Translations under genes and position numbers: made by a program
Virus record (IMG/VR): IMGVR_UViG_3300021171_000012
Span: 6,984-70,983 of that record
Source of the DNA: a virus
Direction: 5' to 3' (one strand)
DNA: 64,000 bases
In this document: piece after piece, positions 1-8,607 of the stretch
Numbering within the stretch: the stretch's first letter is position 1
Layout: the number at the start of each line of letters is the position of its first letter
The notes under the pieces: model-generated
The model's database searches: none
What the model was told of the DNA's origin: nothing
The model's input: the letters and a program-made list of their open reading frames with translations, nothing else

Positions 1-576
1 CTTATTTTGTAGACTCTCGCCTTTCCACTCGGGGATGTTGAAGTCCCAAGGAAGAAGATGCTTGAGCTTATACCATCGGCTTTCATAGTCTTCCCAAGAA
101 GAGGGGAAGTTTTTTCCGTCGGCCATGAGGAAGTAACACCTGTCAGTCAGCGCACCAATGTTATTCGGCCCTAATTCGAGTGCCCGATCAATACACTCTA
201 GGGCTTCTTTATTTCTCGACATCCTGCCGTATAGTAGCGCCAGGTTGTGCCAGATAGCTGGATCGTCGGGGGACATATCCGCTGCTTTCTTAAGCGCCGC
301 CTCGGCCTCGATAAAGCGAAACGAGCGCATTAGGATATTACCGTAGTTACTCCAATGCAACGGGATATCTGGTCGGATGTTAATAACTCGCTCCCATAAG
401 GTCGCCGAGGCTATTAGTTTTTCTTGATTATCCAATACAACTGCGAGGCTCGACATTGCGGGCCAAAAATTGGGCGCCTCGCGCAGAGCAGCTTGGAAAT
501 ACATCGACGCACTGTCGAGATTTCCCTTGGAGTAGAAGTCCGCTCCGGTCTGAAGAAGCTCAACGGCGGTTGGCAT
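1..576 (-). CDS. TPR-repeat protein, probably TPR + glycosyltransferase (GT9-like); runs off the left edge
   Basis: Not in the ORF track because there is no stop in the window. Manual translation from ATG at 576: MPTAVELLQTGADFYSKGNLDSA...HWSNYGNILMRSFRFIEAEAALRKAADMSPDDPAIWHNLALLY...EALECIDRALELGPNN (TPR units), then WEDYESRW...PEWKGESLQNK, the linker that typically precedes the GT domain in TPR-GT9 proteins. Confidence 0.75.
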   Translation of the reverse strand, partial: MPTAVELLQTGADFYSKGNLDSASMYFQAALREAPNFWPAMSSLAVVLDNQEKLIASATLWERVINIRPDIPLHWSNYGNILMRSFRFIEAEAALKKAADMSPDDPAIWHNLALLYGRMSRNKEALECIDRALELGPNNIGALTDRCYFLMADGKNFPSSWEDYESRWYKLKHLLPWDFNIPEWKGESLQNK

Positions 577-581
577 CGGGT

Positions 582-1274
582 TTAGATGTCCGCAACAAGG
601 AATGTCGCTTGGAAACCGTAGGTGTGGGTTCCATTAGGCGCGGTTGACGGCTGAACACACCCGCCTGCCGCTTGCGCTGCTGAAACGACCCAGCCTGTAT
701 CCGCCCCGTCGACATTAGCTTTCACAATAGCGAAGGACTGGAAGCCAGGGCTAACAGGGAGACCGAAGATATTCAGCGTGTCGGATTGCATAACCGGCGA
801 GGCGCCGCCCACGAGTCCTGACACAACAATCGAATTCACATGCGAAACGCCCTTCGACGTGTTCTGGCTTAAGACAGTGGCGGCGGTAACGAGCGAAAGG
901 ACATCGGTTGTAACCGTTCCATCATTAGCAATATAGCTGATCGCAGCTTGGCCGGCAGTGATTGTCCCCGTCGTTGGATCGACCCGGAAGGAGATCATCC
1001 GAGGATAATCGGGTTGGTTTGCAATCGTCGCGGAGCCGTTTGCTAGTGTTGCTGAAGCGACAATTCTACCAACAACTCCTGCTGCTGGGGCCGGCGTTAG
1101 TGGATACCAGATATTCACATTGTTAACGAAAATCCCACCTGCGCGAAGAATATCCAATGCATCACGACTGTCGACAGTAACATTCCCTGCGGCATCTGCG
1201 GCAAGGACTCCAGAGAATCCTGTCTGAATCGTACCGCCAATGGCGGAAATGTTCATCTTAACTAGTGTTGCCAT
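582..1274 (-). CDS. Putative virion structural/decoration protein
   Basis: 230 aa, Ala/Gly/Thr/Val-rich beta-type sequence, GGAG RBS, lies in the late operon. Confidence 0.5.
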   Translation of the reverse strand: MATLVKMNISAIGGTIQTGFSGVLAADAAGNVTVDSRDALDILRAGGIFVNNVNIWYPLTPAPAAGVVGRIVASATLANGSATIANQPDYPRMISFRVDPTTGTITAGQAAISYIANDGTVTTDVLSLVTAATVLSQNTSKGVSHVNSIVVSGLVGGASPVMQSDTLNIFGLPVSPGFQSFAIVKANVDGADTGWVVSAAQAAGGCVQPSTAPNGTHTYGFQATFLVADI

Positions 1275-1289
1275 TTAAAATCTCCTTAA

Positions 1290-3824
1290 TCAAGCGGGTG
1301 CATAACAGGGAAATCTAGTAGATGCTTCGGCAATATCGGGATCGGAGCGGGCGCAGGAAAGCTCAACAATGTAGAAAACATCAGGAAGACAACCCTCAAC
1401 CTGCCAAATAATCGAAGTGTTGGCTAGTCCCGTCCCGTTGAGCGCAGGGCTTATAGTTCCAACAACAGGACCAGCAGAAATTCTAGACTGTGGGTTAGGG
1501 TCATTTCCAAAGGATGTAGTTAGCTTCACCGTCGGAGTTCCAACTAATGTCACACCTGGTGGTAGGAAGTTGCCAAAGTCCACTCCCATTGTCTGGGCTT
1601 GGTTAACACCAACTGCGGGTAGCGCGGCGATGGCGGGCATTGATCTACTTCCCGGGTTCGATGGGACTTTGACAACATAGTAGGTCGCGGGAACGGCTAT
1701 GTTGTAGGAAATCTTTTGAACTTGCTGAACATAGCGCCGGGTGATATGGAGAGTCGGAACACTGGGCGGAGGGAAAACAACTGGACGCTGGAACCGCCCA
1801 CCCTCTGGCTGATACCACGCCATAAGGCCGGCGGGCATCGAACTACGAAGTGGTGGAATTGACGAAACTGGGCCGGAACTCGGCGGTGTCTGGTGTCGGG
1901 AGAATGTAATATCGTAGGCTGAAACTGCCCACGAAAGGGCGATTCCAGGTGGTAGAACAGTCGCGGGAACAAACGCCGATGGCTGTGGTAGAATGGGTTG
2001 TGTTGTTGACGGGGTCCAAGCTGGCTGCTCGTACCAGGATAGAACTGTCGTTGGGACACTAGCTGCGACATTAGATGGAGGAACTTGTGCTGAGGGACCG
2101 CTGATCGGCGGGGTTAGTAGCGTTGGAGTTGGTAGTTGATAGGTCTGTAGACTGCCCCACGCAACTTCAATCGCTAAAACTGGTGCAAGGCCGAAGGGTG
2201 GATTCGTTGATGTCGGAAGTAGAGCAACGACATATGATGGCAGCTGGGGCTGCGCTGGTAAAGCGAGCCACGATTGTAGTATTACGTCTGGCTTGTTTCC
2301 AAATATTGGTGGATTTTGCGGAACTGGTCCTGATTGCGGTGGCTCGAGAATCGACGCTGATGGAGGCCTCGGAGGCAGCGGGAGCCATGCAACCTCAACC
2401 GCTAGCGGGACAGTAGCGCCGGTCGGTAGATAACCTGGTGGCGGAGCAGAAATTGGCGGAACAAGATTCCTAGCAGTCTGAAATCTCGGATCGGATGGTA
2501 GCCACGAAATCTCGATCGAGACCTGATACGGTGGTGTTGGTATAAATGCCGACGGCGCGGAGATCGGGGGATTTAGATTTATTGTCGACTGGTACGTTGG
2601 GGGTGCGATTATCCAGTCGGCTAAAACTGCTTCAGGAACAGACGCGCCACCTACGAAGGGTGGGTTCTGCGGAACTGGGCCGGCGATCGGGGGGCTTAGA
2701 TTGTCCGCAACAATGGGCGGAATTGGCGGTGGGGGAAGCCAACTGACTAAGACCGACTCAGGAACTTGCGCGCCGCCAGAAATTGGAGGATTCTGCGGAG
2801 TCGGACCGCTAATGGGCGGCGTTAGCTGTTGTAAATCTTGCCATTGCCAGCTACCGAACGATTGCCAAGAGATTTCAATGGCAACTGGATATTGATTCGC
2901 GGGTAAATAACTGGGTGCCGAGATTGGCAACAACGGAGCGATATTTCGGGGAAGAGTCGGGAGACTTCCAGGATCTAACCAACTGATCTCAAGTCCACCG
3001 GGGAACGGAGGATTTTGTGGCGCAGGGCCACTGATTGGGGGATTTAAATTGACCGCAGTAATCGCCGCTGGCTGAGGCGGCAGCCAAGAAACTGAAACGG
3101 CTAAGGGCTCGACTGCTCCGGTTGGGACATAGCCAGCTGCCGGACCGGAAATTGGGACTGGAATTAAGTCGACAGTTATCGCCGCCGGTTGTGGAGGTAG
3201 CCACGCAACAAGAACCGACTCAGGAACCCCCGTCCCCGCGAAGGGAGGATTTTGGGGAGTCGGACCTGAAATTGGAACAGGAATTAAGTCTGTAGTTTGA
3301 TACGCGGGTGGGGGCGGAATCCAGGCGTCTAAAACCGCTAACGGAACTTGCGATCCAGTAAATGGGGGATTCTGCGGAGTTGGACCCGCAATAGGTGGAT
3401 CAAGGTTTATTGCTACCGGCGGTAACGGGGGTAGCGGCAACCAGGCAACTAAAACTGACTCGGAAACTTCCGCCCCACCCGCGAATGGCGGATTAGTCGG
3501 CGGCGGGCCAGACTGCGGTGGAACTAGCTGTTCCAGAGTCTGGATCGGCGGTGCCGTCGAAGCCCAAGCCGATAGAATGGTCTGAAGGGCCGTGTTATTT
3601 AATAAGGGAGGACCGCTTACGACTGCTTGGGGAACTAGCTTAGGTGATGTCTGCGGCGCGGCACTAGCTGGCGCCCACCCGGACAATATAATCGCCAGCG
3701 TCGCCGCTGTGAGCAACACTGGCGGACTTTGCGGTAACGGACCCGAAGGCGGAGTCAGCTTTTTACCTTCTAGTGGCTGACTCGCGCCAATGTGCGGGGG
3801 TTGTGGGTTGTAGTAGAGACCCAT
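1290..3824 (-). CDS. Pro-rich repeat protein with a C-terminal globular domain (possible fibre/adaptor)
   Basis: 844 aa; about 17 degenerate ~40-aa units of the form PPISGPxPQNPPF..V/L..W(L/I)P; non-repetitive C-terminal ~110 aa (MGVDFGNFLPPGVTL...). Confidence 0.7.
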   Translation of the reverse strand: MGLYYNPQPPHIGASQPLEGKKLTPPSGPLPQSPPVLLTAATLAIILSGWAPASAAPQTSPKLVPQAVVSGPPLLNNTALQTILSAWASTAPPIQTLEQLVPPQSGPPPTNPPFAGGAEVSESVLVAWLPLPPLPPVAINLDPPIAGPTPQNPPFTGSQVPLAVLDAWIPPPPAYQTTDLIPVPISGPTPQNPPFAGTGVPESVLVAWLPPQPAAITVDLIPVPISGPAAGYVPTGAVEPLAVSVSWLPPQPAAITAVNLNPPISGPAPQNPPFPGGLEISWLDPGSLPTLPRNIAPLLPISAPSYLPANQYPVAIEISWQSFGSWQWQDLQQLTPPISGPTPQNPPISGGAQVPESVLVSWLPPPPIPPIVADNLSPPIAGPVPQNPPFVGGASVPEAVLADWIIAPPTYQSTINLNPPISAPSAFIPTPPYQVSIEISWLPSDPRFQTARNLVPPISAPPPGYLPTGATVPLAVEVAWLPLPPRPPSASILEPPQSGPVPQNPPIFGNKPDVILQSWLALPAQPQLPSYVVALLPTSTNPPFGLAPVLAIEVAWGSLQTYQLPTPTLLTPPISGPSAQVPPSNVAASVPTTVLSWYEQPAWTPSTTQPILPQPSAFVPATVLPPGIALSWAVSAYDITFSRHQTPPSSGPVSSIPPLRSSMPAGLMAWYQPEGGRFQRPVVFPPPSVPTLHITRRYVQQVQKISYNIAVPATYYVVKVPSNPGSRSMPAIAALPAVGVNQAQTMGVDFGNFLPPGVTLVGTPTVKLTTSFGNDPNPQSRISAGPVVGTISPALNGTGLANTSIIWQVEGCLPDVFYIVELSCARSDPDIAEASTRFPCYAPA

Positions 3825-3835
3825 TTAGAGAATCA

Positions 3836-4090
3836 CTACTTCCACGGAACCGCAACAACTAGGGTCGAAGCGGGATCGAGAGTGTCCAGCTTCTTCCCCG
3901 TTTCGGGATTCGATAGATCATACATTGACCAACCCCGATCTAGAAGATCGTCGAAGACTTTCTGGGTAGTCATACCCTCCTCGACCACTACAACCCCGTG
4001 GCCTCCCGGTGCTAATTTATAAATAACGGCCATAGTTCCGTGCTCCCATAAAGTCGTAAGCCGCTTAACGAATTCACTTCCTATCGTCAA
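3836..4090 (-). CDS. Hypothetical protein
   Basis: Tightly packed ORF between neighbours; start uncertain. Confidence 0.5.
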   Translation of the reverse strand: MTIGSEFVKRLTTLWEHGTMAVIYKLAPGGHGVVVVEEGMTTQKVFDDLLDRGWSMYDLSNPETGKKLDTLDPASTLVVAVPWK

Positions 4091-4092
4091 GT

Positions 4093-4590
4093 TTAGCTAC
4101 CTTCGCCGTAGTTGATGCCGCAGGCCCAGTTAGTAAGCGAAGCCGCTGCAGCGGGCAGGAATAGTCCAAATCCCGACGCATCACCCGCAGTGAGTTCGAT
4201 GACCTCTCTAGGTGTTGGCACCCACAAATATCCGTTCAAGACGTTGAAGTTATCTCCAAACATCACAGTTTTTGACCCGGCACCTTCCGCAGATGCGTTA
4301 ATTCCACAAGTACCGGCGGCGCCGGCCGTACCACCGACAATGAGCGAAGCCACCGTGTCGGATCGTTTGAGATGTCGCGGTGTGGCGGAAACTAATGTCG
4401 GAAACGCGGTCACTTGCGTCTCCGCCTCGATCCTCTGTTGCGCCGAGGTCGCTGAACCCTGTTGACTTGCCCACATACGGAGCAAGTTCAACATCGGTGT
4501 CACGGCCGCCGCTGGGTTGATGAAAACTAATGTCACCGCTTGGTTTGCAAGTGTAAGGCCGTCACCGCCAACCGAATATTCCTTTGCCAT
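4093..4590 (-). CDS. Putative structural beta-sandwich protein; paralog-like to 47974..48441
   Basis: 165 aa, AGGAG RBS; shares NFNVxNGY and terminal INxxEG motifs with 47974..48441. Confidence 0.55.
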   Translation of the reverse strand: MAKEYSVGGDGLTLANQAVTLVFINPAAAVTPMLNLLRMWASQQGSATSAQQRIEAETQVTAFPTLVSATPRHLKRSDTVASLIVGGTAGAAGTCGINASAEGAGSKTVMFGDNFNVLNGYLWVPTPREVIELTAGDASGFGLFLPAAAASLTNWACGINYGEGS

Positions 4591-4608
4591 CTAAATTCTC
4601 CTAGAGGT

Positions 4609-4914
4609 TTAAATAAACGATTTACTCGACCAACGCTTTTTTCCGTTAACGCCGTATATTGTCACAACACCTTTCTGATACTCGATCTTATATGCCACTT
4701 CCCCGGTGTCGACATCATTCCTGAGAACATTAAACTCGAAAATCCAACCGTGCTTAATATACTCAGGCCCGAAGCTCCACATTCCACCGTCGGCATCTGT
4801 AATTAGAAACGCGGGAGGAATTGTGACGTAATTTTCCGACTTATTTTCCCGCTCATATCGAAGACCTCCAACAGTCCCCGCTAGAATTTCCTTGTCGAAG
4901 AGAAAGTCAACCAT
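4609..4914 (-). CDS. Hypothetical protein
   Basis: 101 aa ORF in operon context. Confidence 0.55.
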   Translation of the reverse strand: MVDFLFDKEILAGTVGGLRYERENKSENYVTIPPAFLITDADGGMWSFGPEYIKHGWIFEFNVLRNDVDTGEVAYKIEYQKGVVTIYGVNGKKRWSSKSFI

Positions 4915-4917
4915 CGC

Positions 4918-5751
4918 TCATTGTGCCAAAACGGGTGCCCATTGGGGCCACGGATTATATGGGGTTGCTCCAGCCGCTACAGCTGCAACTAGATCGACGC
5001 CAGCTATTGCACAATTACCGATTGCTGTCACTGCGCCGCTGACTGATACTGACGCTGCCCCGCTAGCATATTCAGCAGCGCCGTCGATGTTAGCGCCGCC
5101 GTTGTCAATGAATAGATTCGTATTTCCGGTCGAGCTTATGGTCCCCGGCGCATCTGTCGTAAATGCTCCGACAACCGCATTACCAGTGGCACTCGTAATA
5201 GCTACCGATGGTGCCGCGGTTGCGGTCGCTGAGGAACCAAAATGTGCAAATGAGGTCGTACCGCCAGTTTGATTAACACCACTGAACGAAACTCCATAAA
5301 GCATAGCCTGACAGGATGTCGTCAGCCACGTTGCTACGAGAGAGTGATTACCGGAGGCAGGGTTTACCAGTCCGTAAAGATCAACACGCCCATTATTTCC
5401 ACTGGCTGTATTGATCGTGCCGATTAGTGGGCAATTCACTCCATTCCAAGTTACCGCGGCGCTCGCCGGAAGATGATTGTCTAGAAGAAGGATCGCTATT
5501 AGCGCCCCGTTGCTGATAGTTCCAATCGTCAGGTTAGCATTTGTGACCGTGAGAACCGATGCGCCCGAAAGCGTATCAGCCGTACTCTTGGCGTCGAACG
5601 CGACAGCGCTAACAATCGGTTCGCGGTCGAATTTATACCGAAATCGGCAATGGGGTATAAATGGACGATAGACAGGAATTTCTAATTTAGCACGCGGGAC
5701 TTCGACAGTCCGTCGGCGGGGTAGCAGCGGTTTATGTCGGAGCGTTATCAC
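4918..5751 (-). CDS. Putative virion decoration/fibre protein
   Basis: 277 aa; basic N-terminus, Ala/Thr/Gly-rich beta domain, C-terminal YNPWPQWAPVLAQ. Confidence 0.55.
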   Translation of the reverse strand: MITLRHKPLLPRRRTVEVPRAKLEIPVYRPFIPHCRFRYKFDREPIVSAVAFDAKSTADTLSGASVLTVTNANLTIGTISNGALIAILLLDNHLPASAAVTWNGVNCPLIGTINTASGNNGRVDLYGLVNPASGNHSLVATWLTTSCQAMLYGVSFSGVNQTGGTTSFAHFGSSATATAAPSVAITSATGNAVVGAFTTDAPGTISSTGNTNLFIDNGGANIDGAAEYASGAASVSVSGAVTAIGNCAIAGVDLVAAVAAGATPYNPWPQWAPVLAQ

Positions 5752-7067
5752 GGAGTGACCGTGCCGCCGGTGCTCATGTCGACGTTGCCGCTATTTGTCC
5801 AACCAACTAAATCGCCCGAAAGCGGCGTACTGCTAAACGAGTTCGGGTAGTAGAAAATATAAAACCCAAGTGCAGCGTTGCAGCTAGCTACGGCACCGCT
5901 GGTCGCGCCGAAGTAGTTATTCTGATTCAGCAGCGGGCTCGACCCAGACACGTGCGTTGGAAAGTCCGAGCTTGTCGTACCGTGATAGCCGGCACACATC
6001 TCTCCAGACGTATCCAGCATCGTGTTGTTGGAGATCGTCATCGGAGTGGCTTGAGTACTAAGACCGTTTGAATATAGCTGATAGCCTTCGTTTCCCGCCG
6101 TCGGGCTCTGGTACATATATTCGGTGTTGTAGGAGATCGTGGTCGGCCCATTGTTTTGACCAAATTGTGACCAGTTCATATGGGCACTGGATGCAAGACC
6201 GTTATTCGGGTCATCCAGTAAATTGTATTGTATAGTGACTCCTGTCGAATTTGCCGTCCCTATTTGCTCATATGTATGGTCGCAATAGTGCGCCAACCAA
6301 TTATACTTCATCACCAACGACCCATTGGTCTGGGTAATGATGCTTAGTCCGGGTTGGCCAACTGTCTGGCAATTTGCCCCAACGGAACTACAAGGGGAGA
6401 AGTCTAATGTACTATTAGTAATAGTTAGATTCGTCCCGCCTTGATCGTGAACGAACCATGACAGCGCGCCGGAAGATGAACTAGCCTGGCAACCGATCTT
6501 ATTCTTGTCTAGTGTAATACTAGCGCACCCACCCGTATGATAGATATTCCCTGGGCTACCTGATTGTGTAAACGTCCAATCAATTGCTGTTAAGACTGCA
6601 TTACCGCTAGTGCATTGAAGGAATATGCTGGATGAGTTGTAAGTCCAACTAGCCCCACCAACTGTACAGCTTCCACCACTGATGCAAGTTGCGAATGCGG
6701 TTCGCCAATCAGTTAGAGTTGTTCCAGTTGGAATACCAACTGAATAATCCACGCCAGCCACATTCCAGGGCTGACAATTAGTCGCGCTAGCAGCGCCGGT
6801 TGATTGGATAATAACAAAGCCTGGAGCACTCGTTCCTCGACCTGAGCAAATCGGGTGGGAATTTGAGCCCTGACTTACTGTCAATAGGTTAGGGTACTGA
6901 ATTGTCGCAATTGGTGCATTTGGGCAACCGTCGCCTAGTGACGACCCTTGTGGACAGGTTCCGCCTGGGTTCGTTATTGTAATTGGTATATCGACTGGAG
7001 GACTGAGTATCTGAGCAGTAGCGACACTAGTAAGAAACAAAACACTAACAGCAAAATATCTAATCAC
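5748..7067 (-). CDS. Signal-peptide-bearing, Cys-rich beta-helix (pectin-lyase-fold-like) protein
   Basis: N-terminus MIRYFAVSVLFLTSVATA-Q; repeating ITNS/MKYNW/IQYNL/ISYNT/ISNNT Asn-ladder strands; 14 Cys. Confidence 0.55.
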   Translation of the reverse strand: MIRYFAVSVLFLTSVATAQILSPPVDIPITITNPGGTCPQGSSLGDGCPNAPIATIQYPNLLTVSQGSNSHPICSGRGTSAPGFVIIQSTGAASATNCQPWNVAGVDYSVGIPTGTTLTDWRTAFATCISGGSCTVGGASWTYNSSSIFLQCTSGNAVLTAIDWTFTQSGSPGNIYHTGGCASITLDKNKIGCQASSSSGALSWFVHDQGGTNLTITNSTLDFSPCSSVGANCQTVGQPGLSIITQTNGSLVMKYNWLAHYCDHTYEQIGTANSTGVTIQYNLLDDPNNGLASSAHMNWSQFGQNNGPTTISYNTEYMYQSPTAGNEGYQLYSNGLSTQATPMTISNNTMLDTSGEMCAGYHGTTSSDFPTHVSGSSPLLNQNNYFGATSGAVASCNAALGFYIFYYPNSFSSTPLSGDLVGWTNSGNVDMSTGGTVTP

Positions 7068-8185
7068 TGCTGGGCCTCTAGTGTAACATGCTCAGTAGTT
7101 GGAGTCGATCCAACTCCCGGGCCAGATGGATTAACGATCAAATTTCCAGAGCCGTTAGCATTTAATATGACGGAATAAATACTACCGTCGCTGAAATTCG
7201 GCGCAACGAACGGATATGAACCTGTAAACGCCGCGCCATTGCTCCATTGACCTTGAATAGTTGTTACTATGGTTCCCGGCGGTGCGTTTGTTGGTAAGGC
7301 TGGATTCGGGTTTGCAACGTTGAGAGTCAAAGTTGGCGCCGCTGTAACAGTAATAGACTCACCCTGGGTAAAGGGCGAGTTATTGATTCCGCTTTGCGTT
7401 GCGACGATTGAGGTATTGTACGTCCCTGCCCCTAGCGGTGTTTTCGTTGTCAGAATCGCCCCTGACATCTGAAAATAAGCATCGGTAGTGGGAGTTGCAA
7501 GGGCACCTGAAAACGTCGGCGCTGTTGGCGACATCACTACGCTAGCTTGTCCAACAATCGTCCCTGCTGGCTGGTTTGCGGCGATTGTCTTATTTGACAA
7601 ATTGATTGAGGAAATTACTTGCTGAGGCGATATCGTTGGGGTGAAAACTATGTCGACGAAATAGTTGCTAGCGTTCCAACTGCTCGTTGGAAAAGCGATG
7701 CCTGATCCGTATCGGTATACGCCATCTCCCCCAGAAGACCCGTTTGAGAGCGCCGTTAGCGGAACATTGGTTATGTTACTAATTAGTGCGTATTGGTCGT
7801 CGGGATAGCCGCCGTGTGGTGTCCAATATGCTGCAACGTAGCGCGTGTTCGCATTGATTGAGACCGGTGCTGAGAAGCTAACCTGTTCCCAGCATGGCAC
7901 CGTGCAGGTGTCCTGTGCAGTACTAGTCCGTGCAAGTCGAGTACCCGTTGCACTGTACAAAGCAACCGAATAGCCACTAGGACTCGATTGCGCTCGATAG
8001 AATCTTATTCCGCTAATTTTACCTGCTTGCGTCGAGGTGAACTTAACACCTAACGTCACCGCTGCGGTATCTGGGTCAATGGGGGTCTTTGGTATTGAAC
8101 TACCAAAGATAGTATATGTCGTCTGAGCTGGACAGACAGTAGTGCTCGATAGTAGAAATAGGAAACTTAAGGTTAACTTCTTCAT
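7064..8185 (-). CDS. Signal-peptide protein with DUF4082 domain plus Ig/cadherin-like domains
   Basis: MKKLTLSFLFLLSS signal; VTLGVKFTSTQAGKISGIRFYR...WEQVSFSAPVSINANTRYVAAY...FPTSSWNASNYFVDIVF is the DUF4082 pattern. Confidence 0.8.
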   Translation of the reverse strand: MKKLTLSFLFLLSSTTVCPAQTTYTIFGSSIPKTPIDPDTAAVTLGVKFTSTQAGKISGIRFYRAQSSPSGYSVALYSATGTRLARTSTAQDTCTVPCWEQVSFSAPVSINANTRYVAAYWTPHGGYPDDQYALISNITNVPLTALSNGSSGGDGVYRYGSGIAFPTSSWNASNYFVDIVFTPTISPQQVISSINLSNKTIAANQPAGTIVGQASVVMSPTAPTFSGALATPTTDAYFQMSGAILTTKTPLGAGTYNTSIVATQSGINNSPFTQGESITVTAAPTLTLNVANPNPALPTNAPPGTIVTTIQGQWSNGAAFTGSYPFVAPNFSDGSIYSVILNANGSGNLIVNPSGPGVGSTPTTEHVTLEAQQ

Positions 8186-8188
8186 CAG

Positions 8189-8515
8189 CTAGCTTCTCGC
8201 CTCGATTGTAACGTGTTCGATAGTTCCACCAGCACTACCGACTCCGGGACCGTTAGGGTCGATTATCAAATTCGCGCTATGATCGGAATTTAATGTCATT
8301 GCATAAACACCACCATCGTTGAAGTTTGGCGACGCAAAAATATAATCACCCACGAAGGCTGACCCATCATCCCAAGTACCTTGGAGTGTTGCAACTACCG
8401 TTCCTTTGGAAGTCGTGGATGGCCAAGATGGATTTGGGGGCGTGACGACTACTGTGAGTGATCGGGCGAATTTTCGTCTTGCCGGCCGAAAGGCCCATTG
8501 AACGCTGGTGTCCAT
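8189..8515 (-). CDS. Stand-alone paralog of the C-terminal domain of 7064..8185
   Basis: GTVVATLQGTWDDGSAFVGDY...PNFNDG...NLIIDPNGPGVGS...EHVTIEA aligns with GTIVTTIQGQWSNGAAFTGSY...PNFSDG...NLIVNPSGPGVGS...EHVTLEA. Confidence 0.7.
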   Translation of the reverse strand: MDTSVQWAFRPARRKFARSLTVVVTPPNPSWPSTTSKGTVVATLQGTWDDGSAFVGDYIFASPNFNDGGVYAMTLNSDHSANLIIDPNGPGVGSAGGTIEHVTIEARS

Positions 8516-8517
8516 CG

Positions 8518-8586
8518 TTAGATATAATAGCTAGCAACGGCTAAAACTAGGGCACAAATTATAATCGCTAAGACAATCGCCGCCAT
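8518..8586 (-). CDS. Possible 22-aa hydrophobic mini-protein
   Basis: MAAIVLAIIICALVLAVASYYI fills the gap between the portal and the next gene; below the ORF-track cutoff. Confidence 0.3.
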   Translation of the reverse strand: MAAIVLAIIICALVLAVASYYI

Positions 8587-8607
8587 AGCATTCTGCTGGA
8601 AACTCAA

